Origin: Azolla caroliniana
Taxonomy: Eukaryota > Plantae > Polypodiophyta
Direction of reading: 5' to 3'
Assembly: GCA_043228905.1 (NCBI GenBank)
Contig: JBHGNT010000002.1
Coordinates: 4,898,001-4,962,000 of the forward strand
DNA length: 64,000 nt
This document shows, in pieces, positions 11,947 to 23,300 of this stretch. Numbering within the stretch: position 1 is the stretch's first letter; each line of letters begins with the position of its first letter. The notes under the pieces were generated by a model. It made no database searches, was not told the DNA's origin, and was given only the letters and a program-made list of their open reading frames with translations. Made by a program: the position numbers and the translations under genes.

Positions 11947-14700
11947 TTAGTCACTTCCAGATGTAACTCCATATTCAGCATATCTGCATTCCTTCTTAGA
12001 AGACGAACTCATGCATTGTGTAGCTATATCTAAACATCCATGTATTCTACAATGACTCAATAGGGATGTCCATCCAACAATAGTGGATAGGAATGGCATA
12101 GTTTGAAGTAAGTCCTCGCTCTCTTTTAAAAGACCTATACGACCTAAAAGATCTGCAATGCAGGTGTAGTGAACAAATGCTGGAAAAATCCCATAGTCAT
12201 CCATCATTGAATTGAAATAGTAAAGGGCTTCTTTCCTCTTACCAAAATGACTAAATGTTGATAAAAGACATAGAAATGTCACACTGTCTGCGATCACCCC
12301 ATCTTGTTTCATTGCATGAAAATAATCCCCAGCGAGTTCTAGATCACCAGATTGTGCACATGCTGCAATCATAGTATTATAAGTAACTACACTTCTCTTT
12401 TGCAACTTCTCAAATACACTATATGAATCCTTCAAACTACCACATCGTATGAAAAATTCAATAACCAAGTTACAAATTAAGGTATCCTGATCCAGACAAC
12501 ATTCCAAAATATCAGCATATATTATCTTGCCTTGGTTTAGTGCTAAAATTTTGGAGCATTCTCCAAGAACACAGATGAATGTGAATTTGTCTGGCTCCAC
12601 GTCCTCTTGCATCATCTTACAATATAGTTCAACTACATCAATATTGCAAGGATGGTCATTAAACTCCGGACTCTTAATCCATAAACCAAGTTCTTTAGCT
12701 TCAACATCTACATCTTGTATTGTTTCATAAACACATTTGAATATATCATTGTCATGCCCAATCAGTTCATGTCCAGTCATCATTGCATTCCAGATTCTCG
12801 TCGATCGAAACTCTAGCCCATTGAAGATTTTCTGTGCGTCTTCAATATTGCAACAGGTCATATACATGATAAGAAGTGCTTCTCTAACATGTAGGTCATT
12901 CTCCAAAAAGCTTTCGACTATCATTCCATAAAGTATATTTCCCATCTGTATTGATATAATCATTGAGCAAACTGTTAAGACCCAACCAAATGTTATTGTG
13001 TCTGGCTCTATGTCTTTCCAAAGCATTTGCTGAAATAGGTGGAGAGCTTCAGAACTACGACCATGTCGAGTATATCCAGATATTATTACATTCCATGTCA
13101 TGTTATCAGGCCTGAATCTCTCTTCTTGCATCTTGTTGAAAAGTTGCACAGAGTTTTCCAATCGGCCATGTTGGGCATATCCACAAATTAGTGAATTCCA
13201 AATACTTATATCTTGTTCTTTTAGGTCATTGAACACTTTATGTGCATCATCAAAACGTTTCGCGAATATGTACATATCGATCAGATTCCTCGCGACGGTT
13301 GCATCAGAATCACATCCATGTTCAATTATGTAAGCATGTATTAAACTTAAGTTTGCAATGTCTGAACATGCTTTTAGAACAGACGCAAATGAGGCGTTGT
13401 TTGGCATTATACCTTCTTGTTTCATTTTCTCAAAGCAATGGAAAGCCATGCATTGTTGTTCATGTTCAGCATAGCAAGCAATCATAGCAGTCCATGTCAC
13501 GACATTCTTCGTGTGCGATTTCTTAAAAACTTTCCCAACATACTCGAGATTTCCACACCTAGAATAAAGATTAATGAGTATATTGTTCACAAATGAATCT
13601 GTTTCAAGTCCTTTAGCCATCACTAGTGTGTGAAGGCACTTACCTTGATGCAGAGATCTGGCATCAGCACATGCTTTGAGAATACAAGAAAGCGTGATTT
13701 GATTCGGCTCCACACCTTCTTGTTGCATTTGAGTATAAAATTGCAATGCTTTATCTATTTGGGAATGGTGAGTATCTCCTGCAATCATTGCATTCCATTC
13801 AGTCACATCTTGCTTATACAAATCCTCAAAAACCTTATGTGCATCATGAAGTAGTCCACATTTAGCATACATATCAACAAGGCAACTTCCTACAAATGCG
13901 TTTGATTGAAAACTTTCTATGATAAGGAGATGATGAACAAACATACCATTTGATAAAGATCTATTCGAGGAACATGCTTTCAGAACACAAACATATGTGA
14001 TTGGGTTTAGGCTTACTCTCTTAACTTGCATGTCAACAAAGAGGTCAATCACATGTTTGAATTGTTCATGTTGAGCAAATCCATTTATCATAATGCTCCA
14101 TATGAACACATTTGGCATCATGATCCTATCAAATACTAAATGTGCATCCATCAAGCATCCACATTTGATATACATATCAATAAGACCACTTTGAACATAG
14201 GCATTAGATTTCATCCCATATTCAACTATATCACCGTGTATGCACATACCATGGTACAGATCACATATATTTGCACATGCTTTTAAGCTTGCAACAAATA
14301 TGTGTCCATCGGGTCTTATTCGCTTCACATTTTTCATGTCATTATAAATATGTAAAGCTTCACAGCTGTAGCCGAGCATAGTGTGAGCAGAGATGATAGC
14401 ACTCCAAGCATGGATACTCGGCCTGTATAGTCTCCTAAATGCAAATTTGGCTTCTTCGAGGTTTCCTAATAAAGCAAACATTCTGATAGAATGACTACCA
14501 AGAAAAGAATCGGATACAAGGCCATACCTTCTTATGAGAGAGTGAACATCTTCTCCTGATTGTGGGTCTTTAGCAAAGATGCACCATTGCAAGAGATGGT
14601 ATAGAATGTCTATCCTCTCTCTTTTGTCTGTAGGTACGGTTTGCTTTGCTCTCTGAAGAGCTTCAAGAAACTGATCTCTGCTCTGCATCATCATCATCAT
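11947..14700 (-). CDS. PLS-class pentatricopeptide repeat protein (~917 aa), C-terminal E region truncated, no DYW
   Basis: Intronless ORF with repeated LIDMYxKCG / WNAMIxG / TFxCVLxAC triplets. It ends HYTCIADLLGRIG...WTSLLSHCRIHG. The first ATG is in an (ATG)5 run at 14700. Confidence 0.9.
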   Translation of the reverse strand: MMMMMQSRDQFLEALQRAKQTVPTDKRERIDILYHLLQWCIFAKDPQSGEDVHSLIRRYGLVSDSFLGSHSIRMFALLGNLEEAKFAFRRLYRPSIHAWSAIISAHTMLGYSCEALHIYNDMKNVKRIRPDGHIFVASLKACANICDLYHGMCIHGDIVEYGMKSNAYVQSGLIDMYIKCGCLMDAHLVFDRIMMPNVFIWSIMINGFAQHEQFKHVIDLFVDMQVKRVSLNPITYVCVLKACSSNRSLSNGMFVHHLLIIESFQSNAFVGSCLVDMYAKCGLLHDAHKVFEDLYKQDVTEWNAMIAGDTHHSQIDKALQFYTQMQQEGVEPNQITLSCILKACADARSLHQGKCLHTLVMAKGLETDSFVNNILINLYSRCGNLEYVGKVFKKSHTKNVVTWTAMIACYAEHEQQCMAFHCFEKMKQEGIMPNNASFASVLKACSDIANLSLIHAYIIEHGCDSDATVARNLIDMYIFAKRFDDAHKVFNDLKEQDISIWNSLICGYAQHGRLENSVQLFNKMQEERFRPDNMTWNVIISGYTRHGRSSEALHLFQQMLWKDIEPDTITFGWVLTVCSMIISIQMGNILYGMIVESFLENDLHVREALLIMYMTCCNIEDAQKIFNGLEFRSTRIWNAMMTGHELIGHDNDIFKCVYETIQDVDVEAKELGLWIKSPEFNDHPCNIDVVELYCKMMQEDVEPDKFTFICVLGECSKILALNQGKIIYADILECCLDQDTLICNLVIEFFIRCGSLKDSYSVFEKLQKRSVVTYNTMIAACAQSGDLELAGDYFHAMKQDGVIADSVTFLCLLSTFSHFGKRKEALYYFNSMMDDYGIFPAFVHYTCIADLLGRIGLLKESEDLLQTMPFLSTIVGWTSLLSHCRIHGCLDIATQCMSSSSKKECRYAEYGVTSGSD

Positions 14701-15149
14701 CTTCTTCTTCTTCTTCTTCTTCTTCTTCTTCAAAGAGCAGTTACTAATATGTACATACACAGAGATGACTTTGTTGAGTCTTCTGAGGTTTTTCAAATTC
14801 TCAAAAGCTCAAAAGCAAATTTTGCTTTTTGATTGATTTATTTATTTATTTTGGGGGAGGGAAGGCAAAGAGAGATCAATGTGGAGGAGGCGGACATTCC
14901 GTGATGTCCGGTGGCCAGAGTGCCCAATCGGAAACCTCAACCTCTCTTGATTTCTCAAACAAATCGTCTGTCATAAAACAAACATGTTGTCAAATGATCC
15001 TCTTGTTAGTAACTCATGGCTTTAACTAAATGCACTTGCTTACATATAGAATCCCATGTTAATAATGCTCACACAATAAAACCATTCAGTCATGAAATGT
15101 GAGTACATCTTCTTGTATGCAAGTCTTTCAAAGAGCACGGTCCAGCTTC

Positions 15150-15730
15150 TTTTCGAAAAACTTCTTTCACACTAGTCCGACTGGAATCGGATGGGTAGTC
15201 AATCAGAGAGATCCATGTTAATGTGACATACATCCATCGATCATGAAAAAAATCGAGGGTGTAGACAACCTGTTGTTGTCTAGCCTTGACTAGTGTCTAG
15301 ACCACATTTGTTCTTCATCTAACCTTAAAGTTGTCGATTCACAACTCCTCCAAATCTTTCATAACCCTTCGATCGAAGTCGATTGCCGCTTTGACTACGT
15401 CTTCTCAATCTTGGCCCATCGGTGTCTTTTGTTGATAAAAAATGAGTTATGTGCACTAGATTTTATCTCCTTCTAACCTATTTGTAGTGATTTGCAACAA
15501 CTCCAAGTCTTTCACCAACTTCTCCAAGATCCGAGTGTCAATCAACTTCTCTAAATTCATACCAATATTGTCAGAAGAGATGCTAAAGTCTTTGAGAATT
15601 CTCTTCAGCCACACAACGTAACAAGAGTCAATCATTGTGCTCCTAGGTTCCACCTTGTAGTTAGATAGAAATATAATTGGGTAGGTTTTGTTCTTGCAAG
15701 AGATGGCATCACTTACCAAGGAGAACATGA
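15150..15730 (-). mobile_element. Copia RNase H / 3' internal remnant
   Basis: CYVVWLKRILKDF resembles the copia RNase H motif CEAVWLRRILKD. Confidence 0.45.
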
Positions 15731-16041
15731 AGCTTTGCCGATTGTTGATTTGTTAAACTACACGTCTAATTAGTGTTTGTTTCCAATTGAGCATATGTTT
15801 ACGTGGAGGACTACATAAGTCGAAGTTTAATGTTGAGAATATATTGTGGTCTATAGAAATATAATTGGGTAGGTTTTGTTGTTGCAAGAGATGGCATCAC
15901 TTACCAAGGAGAACATGAAGCTTTGTCGATTGTTGATTTGTTAAACTACACGTCTAATTAGTGTTTGTTTCCAATTGAGTATATGTTTATGTGGAGGACT
16001 GCATAAATCGAAGTTTAATGTTGAGAATATATTGTGGTCTA
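15665..16041. repeat. 188-bp tandem duplication
   Basis: ATAGAAATATAATTGGGTAGG...AATATTGTGGTCTA occurs at 15665 and 15853 with a few substitutions. Confidence 0.95.
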
Positions 16042-16479
16042 TGGGTAGAAATGATTTAATCTATCGAGAAGTCACGAGTTCAAAACTTGACTCGGCAAAA
16101 ATAACCCTTTCGAAGAATCTTTTCACTCTTCCATCACCACCCACAAGTAGAGGCCAAGTTCATGTGCACACATTTCACAACAATGTTTGTCAAACTCTCC
16201 AAAGGTCACATCCTACATCTTACTTCACTTCATACATCTACTCCACCTCACTTTGACCTCGCACCCCTCCACCACCCACTATTTCTCACTTCATCCTCAA
16301 CCTCGAGAAGCACTCATCTTCCTGCACACCCCTTGTAGCACCTCTGTAATTACTCAACCCATTAGGTTGAGGGAATGTTAAGTATTTGCTAGAAATCTCA
16401 CCTCTAATGCTATGATCCCAAGTCTCGAGATACATACTATCATTGTAAATAGAAGCCAATATCTATTTCCATGGGGTCA

Positions 16480-17300
16480 TTAAGACCGATTGCTAGGTAG
16501 GGGTTTTTGAGCATTGGGGATAACGTCAACGTTACAAGGATTTGTTACATTTACATATAACTTGGGTTTGTTGATGTCTTCTCTTGACTACATAGTCTAC
16601 AACTTTTTTAGGTTGATCCACTCGCCCCATATTTTGATGCTCGATGTGACCTTTCGCTTCTTTGCATCCAATGTGGACTTTACATTGTTGTTATCAAAGA
16701 TGAGGATTTAACCTTCTCCTTTTTCATAGGTCAAAAATTCGCCTTTGTCCTTGAGGTATTCTATGAAAGAATCGTAATTGTTGAAGCATAGTTTACTCCC
16801 TTGCTCAAGCATATGTTTAAATCATTATATTTTTGGTGATTTTATGAACATGTAGGACATTCTTGATGCATTTCATGTCATCGTTGTCCTTGTTAAATGA
16901 CACACCTCCAACGTGGCGGATTGGGCAAGTGGTGTCATCAAACCCATGTCTAGAATGTTGGGATAACCATGTGTTTTGCCTATCATTATTATCAATGGAT
17001 TCTTGCCTATCATCCATCAATAAACCACTAACCATGCACCTGTCCACACCTGTACTTGTTCTCATGGAGCTAGCTATGCTTTATGGCCCATCATAAACGA
17101 TTCGTCATCGGGATTGTTCATGGACCATAATTTCTTGCTCTCCCAACCGATGGTAGCACTCCTTGTTTTTTTTCTTATCAATCCTTCTCTAAATGGCGTG
17201 GCTTTCCACGATATGTACCAACGTTTTCAAGTAGTTTTGGAAGTTGTATCCTTTTTGTCTCCGTGCGTAGCAATTATGTTCCCACTCCTCGTGTCTTTTG
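16480..17300 (-). mobile_element. Degraded copia gag/protease/GAG-pre-integrase region
   Basis: GFDDTTCPIRHVGGVSF...CIKNVLHVHKITKN resembles the copia post-protease GDxTTHPIxHxG...NVLHVPxITKNL segment. Confidence 0.55.
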
Positions 17301-17554
17301 AATGATGTCGGTACAAAGGTTTGATTAAGCATATAGGCATCCAAGATAGGAAGTAGTAAGTAAGTACCTAATAAGGATTATAAAACTAATGGGAAAGAGA
17401 AGTATGTCTAGGTTGGCACGAAAGAGCCTTTAGGGTAAAAAAAAGTACCTTAAAAGGAAAGTATGTACATAAACATGAAGGGGCTCACTTTCTTCACAGT
17501 TTATTCTTAATGGGCTTCTTCACTTTTACATATTGATACATACATACATACATA

Positions 17555-19097
17555 TCTCATGTGACGCCCCTCTTAACTTTACCTGCTAGGGCCTCGTTGA
17601 CCCCCTTCCGGTCTCTCTTTCTCTGTCTCTCCCCTTCTCTCTCTCTACCATAGTACGTAATATACACATTTGTTTTCATACGTATGTTGCTGAAACATTC
17701 TTGTGTTTTTTTTTACACTTTTTACCTTAACTATCTTACCTTATAATAAATAATGAGTGCAAAAGTATGGTATTTACCATACTTCGAGGGTGTTTTCATA
17801 CTTGAATGATAAGAATTTTCGAGAATGTGAATGCACGAATGGTGCGTATGCTTCATACTATGTTGTCTACTTCTCTCTCTATCTCCTCTCTATGTCTCTC
17901 TTTTTCTATCTAAGTCCGGAGATAGTAACTCTTGGTATAACATTGTAGTGCATTAGTTACTTGCCAATGGCATAAACATTAATAACCTACCTCCCCTTAA
18001 GTACAAGTTACAACCATGGGATTGGGCAAACTTTAATATCTCACAAGGACCGACGACCATAATAAAGTAATACGCCAAGAAATATAATTTTTTTTATACA
18101 CGATACAAATGGATCACCCCATGAGAGCCATTCCCATCTAAAATGTTGTACTATAAGGAACACTTCACGCACTTCTCTGAGCTAGGTTTTATTACACGAC
18201 CAAAATATCTAGATACATTCTTGACAAATGCACTAAGGGTGGCCATTGGACAACTTAGGATATCATCTCACCAACTTGAGATTGAAAATGGTCGTACTAA
18301 TGGAATCCCTAGAGAGGAAAGGCTATGTAGGTTATGTCTCCGAGAGATAGAGGATGAGTATCACTTTACATGCAAGTGTCCAACTTATGCCGAGATAAGG
18401 GCGAAATACCAAGACATACTAGAACCCTCTCCCACTATCTCCAAACTATTAAATACCCCGGATATAAAAGAGACTAGGTAGGTATATATCTTAGAGCCAA
18501 AACAACATAGGGAGGAAAAACTACAAAATGTTAACCATAATCATTTTAATATTCACCAGCATGTAACTCTACAAATTTTCAAGAACAAGGGGAGACAATG
18601 AATGTGGACACACGTACACCACTCGGCCTCTTTCTCGAGAAAGCGGAAACGCAAAGAACAAGCAAACGCCCATCGGATGTCGGGCATCAAAGCAACTCGA
18701 CATGGAGTAGAAACAATTAAGAATATAAAGGGAACGTGAGCTAGCAGATATGGTTACAACTTACAATATCTTTTCCATTGGGACCATGGGCCACATCCAC
18801 ATCGAAACCCTTTGACCTCTCGCTTACTTTCGAAGTTCAGAATATTAGGCCCCTCTTACATACATATATACATACATACATGATGTCATATGACATACAT
18901 CTTTTAAAAATGCCCGTCAAAAAACTTTAATACTAACCCATCAAATTTAGGCTCTGCATACAAAGTAACATACACTTGTGCCCGTTAGTTGACCTAAATT
19001 GGAGATGACCAAAACGTATACTCTAACCTCGATCGAAAGATAGAACGGCTTGGAAAGGCCATACATAGTAACATACATACATACATACATACATATA

Positions 19098-19128
<31 letters not shown>

Positions 19129-19206
19129 CTCATGTGAAGCCCCTCTTAACTTTTACCTGCTAGGGCCTCGTTGACCCCCTTCCGGTCTCTCCCTCTCTCT
19201 CTCTAC
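17555..19206 (+). repeat. Direct-repeat pair (17555-17648 and 19128-19206) flanking a LINE-containing insert
   Basis: TCTCATGTGA(C/A)GCCCCTCTTAACTTT(T)ACCTGCTAGGGCCTCGTTGACCCCCTTCCGGTCTCTC...CTAC occurs twice. Each copy is preceded by (CATA)n. Confidence 0.9.
17950..18880 (+). mobile_element. LINE 3' part with (CATA)n tail
   Basis: ORF 18143-18481 reads LRVAIGQLRISSHQLEIENGRTNGIPREERLCRLCLREIEDEYHFTCKCPTYAEIR. The 3' region shares GTTCAGAATATT-type motifs with the minus-strand copies. The 5' boundary is approximate. Confidence 0.8.
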
Positions 19207-19234
19207 TTCTCTCCTGTATCTGTCTCTACTTCTC

Positions 19235-19530
19235 TCTCTTTATTTTTATTTTTATTTTTGTTTTTTGATGATTGAGTAAATACCTATTTATTTATTTATT
19301 TTCCCAAAAAAAAACTCCTTCCATTAGTTATAGCTATTTATTTATATTTATTTTTTTCCAAAAAAAAAATCTATTTATTTATTTTGTTGTAAACCAATTG
19401 TCTCATGGGCCAATTTTATAACTATTTATAACTATTTATTTTTTTCCAAAAAAACAATCTATTTATTTTATTTTGTTGTAAACCAATTGTCTCATGGGCC
19501 AATTTTTGGCCTTAGAAAGACGTTAATATA

Positions 19531-19565
<35 letters not shown>
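19235..19565 (+). mobile_element. Second copy of the short LINE-tailed element, with an internal tandem duplication, inside (TC)n
   Basis: Reverse complement of 700-855. TTTTGTTGTAAACCAATTGTCTCATGGGCCAATTTT is present twice (~19382 and ~19471). Confidence 0.7.
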
Positions 19566-19570
<5 letters not shown>

Positions 19571-19889
19571 CTTCTCTCTCTTTCTATCTCTTCAATCTCT
19601 CTCTGATTCTCTCTCTCTCTCTCTCTTCCCTTCTCTCTCTTTCTATCTCTTCAATCTCTCTCTCTCCCTCTCTCCGTGTCTCTGTTTCTCTCTCTCTCTT
19701 CATCTGTGTGTCTGTCTCTCTTCATCTCTCTGTCTGTCTCTGTCTCTCTTCATCTGTCTCTCTTCATCTGTGTGTGTGTGTGTGTGTCTCTCTCTCTCTC
19801 TCTTCATCTGTCTCTGTCTCTGTCTCTGTCTCTCTCTTCATCTCTCTGTCTGTGTGTGTCTGTGTCTGTGTCTGTGTCTGTCTCTGCAG
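19530..19889. repeat. Long compound (CT)n/(CTGT)n/(GT)n tract ending in a putative splice acceptor TGCAG
   Basis: The tract is directly visible. TCTCTGCAG ends at 19889. Confidence 0.8.
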
Positions 19890-20373
19890 TGAGCGGCGAT
19901 GGCGTTGACCCTCCTCACCCATTCATGCCATGCCTCCTCCGTCTCTCCGCCTCCATCGCCAACTCATTCAAACCAAGAAGATCACTCCTTTTCAAACCAA
20001 GAAGATCATCACATAGCACCAGCTGCCTCCTCTGCAGCCATGGATATGGCGTCTCCTTCTCCTTCTCCTTCTCCCTCCCCTTCCCTCGGATTCTGATTCT
20101 GATTCTGATTCTGATCCAGATTCTGATTCTGATCCCGATCCCATCATGCCTCCACCACCACCGCCATGCCCGACCCCGCCATGCCTGACGATTTCCTCTT
20201 CCTCCTCTTCTACTTCTGCTTCTGCTCCATGAAGACAAGGATTCCATTCATCTCGCAAGCTATGGAGGCTTCTTCTTCTTCTTCTTCTTCTTCTTCTTCT
20301 TCTTCTTCTTCTCCTACCTCTACGTCTGAATCTTTCTGTTGCTCCTTCGAAGACCTATACTAACCGTAAAGAT

Positions 20374-23300
20374 ATGCCTAGCCATCGCTGGATTAACACA
20401 GGTGCTCGCCATCATCCTCATCCTCATCACCACCACCACCACCATCGCCTTCTCCACCGTCAGCTCATCAAACCAATTTCAATCCATGAGGTCTCAGAAA
20501 AACCAGCCGAGTATGCGTCAGCTAATCAGTGCAGACTTAAACCGTATAGTTCTACACAGGGATCTGTTAAGACTTCTCCGCACTCTCGCCATGATTCCTC
20601 CCTCAGACGACCATCTATTATTGATCACGATCAGACAAACGCCATCATCGTCAGATCTGATCAGACGAAATCCATCATCGACAGATCTGAATGTCAGTCA
20701 AATCCTAGCATTTTGATCAGTCCTCGGAGGAGCTCATCTGTTGTTGTTCAACGTCAGACAAATGCCACCATGGATCAATCTGATCAGAAGAATACCGCCG
20801 TCATGAACAGATCTAATCATGAAAATCATCGTATTTTGATCAGCCCTCGAAGAACATCGTCTATTGACCAAAATCACGCGAATATCAAGTCTGATCAGAG
20901 GAATACTCGGGTTTGCAGTCCGAAATCTGCTATTAATTCGAGTGCATTTGTCAGATCTACTCCGACTACTACTCCTACTACAACAACAACTTCTGCACCC
21001 ATGAACCCGAACAGATCTGTTTATGCTTCGTCTTCTCCTTCACGAAGAAGCTTTTCCACAGAAGATCGTCACGAGGTATCTCATCGTCAGAAGTACAGCA
21101 GTGTGATAGATCCTAACATTCGGCATAGCAAGATTCCTCTAGACAGAGGCTCTACTAGGGTTAAAGCATCAGACAAATTAATTCCTTCAAGAAAAATAGA
21201 TTTAGAACGATCCCTGTCAGAGGTCAATGTTGTCGATCAGGATACCAACAAGAAGGAAAAACGGAGAGTCTGCGAAGTTTCTACAAGCATATCCTACAGG
21301 AATCTTGCTTCCGTTACAAAATCTCTGTCAGCGATTGTTGAGTGCAAGGAGAAAGAACGCACGAAACAACCAGTCTTTTCTTCTAGAATTAAGAAGCCCC
21401 AGGAACAGGTTATAACAGGTGGTAAGAAAGAATCTATGGAGGTCCTTAATCTTCCTTTCCTTCATGTTACCAGAAGAGCGAGATCAGAAAGGAGAAGAGA
21501 TGCTAAAACTCAAGATATGTCACTAGATGGTTTCAGCGCTGAGCTGGAGGAAGCTCTGCTGAGGAAAATGGAAAGTGAGAGCGATTCTGTGAGGGAGGAG
21601 ACACAGCCATCGCCTTCATCCTCATCAACGAAGGATTCTGCACCAGAGGAAAGGCCATTAAAGGTCAAGGTTTTTTCAATGGAAGAAATCATGGCAAAGA
21701 GCAAGGAATCCTCAGTGGAAGAAACACCACCATCAAAGAGCAAGGAAACCCCAGTGGAAGAAACACCACCATCAAAGAGTAGTGATTCTTCAGTGGATCA
21801 AGTAATGGAAAAGAGTAAGGATTCTGAATCAGTGGAAGAAGCACTGGTAAAAATGAGTAAGGAAACCTCAGTGGAAGAAGCATCATCAATCAGCAATGGG
21901 TTTCCAGGAGAAGAAGAAACGATGGCAAAGAGCAAGGATTCTGCAATGGAAGAAACATCATCAACTAGTAAAGAATTTATGGTGGAAGGAGCAATGGCAC
22001 AGAGTAAGGATTCTGCAATGGAAAAAACATCATCACCTATTAAAGATTCTGCAGTGGAAGAAACAATGGCAAAGAGTAAGGAAACTACACCGGAAGGAAC
22101 ATCGAATTCTTCACTGGAAGTAACACTGGCAAAGACCCAGGATTCTGCCATGGAAGAAGCATCATCAAAAATGAATGTTTCTGCAATGGGGCAAGGAGGC
22201 TCCGTGAAGGATAAAACGGATCAGAAAGGATATCCAGATAGCAATGCTTCAGAGCAAGCTAGAAACAGAGAACCAAAGAAATGGCCTGTTTCAGAAGAAG
22301 CAAGCGAAAGGGAAGAAGGAGAACTAGAGCCAGAGGGAGATGGAGATAGAGATGGAGAAATTTTAGAGCTAGGAAACTTAGAGAATGATAATGTGCACTT
22401 TAGAATGCAAATAGAAGAGAAAATGGAGATCAAGCAAGCAGAGAAACCTAACAGAGGAGTTTCTAGGAAGGAATTTCCTAACCATATAGCTGAGGGCCAC
22501 TCCAGCCTCCATGCTCAGACACAACATAGCAATGAGTATGAACCAGAGAAAGCAGATGAAAGAAGCATTCGTGGAGGTAAAGAGGATGCTATGGATATAG
22601 ATAACAGCATAGCAATGGGAATGGACAGAAGCTATGGTGACCAGAAGGACCAACTAAAGATTGAAACAGAAATCCCTCACGATTCTGGTTCAGAGGAGCT
22701 AATGCTCTCCCTTTCTACGGGTTTGCATTCACATGAAAAGAATTTTACTCCAAGAAAGAATAGATCTTCTAGTTTCAGTCAAGCGACAGAGAAAGATGAC
22801 AACATTAAAGCAGAAAAACCTTCGACAAATTGTCGTAAGTCTGAGTATCTTCAGCTCACACTTGCTCCCCCAGGAATTTGTTTTTCCTCTCAATCTCCAA
22901 TCAAATTAGCAACAGAAGAACAAGGAGGAGAACAGCAACAAGGACATTATCATGCAACAGAGAAGACACATCATTCTCTCCAAACAGATTACTTCACAAG
23001 AAGATTCTTTCAGATACCTTCAGATGGATTCATATCCTCTTATGATATGCCTACTCAATCATCCTTGGTGAATGATCAGAATAGTTCCTCGCTTCTTCAG
23101 TACACCTCGCATGAAGATTGTCGGACTAATTCTTTTGGTAGTGCAAGTAAGCTTTTATCTCAGACATTTTCTCATAGATCTAGTCACAAAGGCTTCCAAA
23201 GTGAAGAAGAAGAGTTAATACCCTTCGTAGTTAGTGAACCTAGCAAAAGCTCTACAAGCTTCACTCAGAAGAATATGGAGAAGATAATGAAGGCCAAATT

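Noticed and set aside
14701-14796. Track N-terminal extension of the PPR (MKNLRR...KKKK)
   Set aside because: It starts at TTG, not ATG, and the poly-K is an (AAG)n tract. The first real ATG is at 14700.
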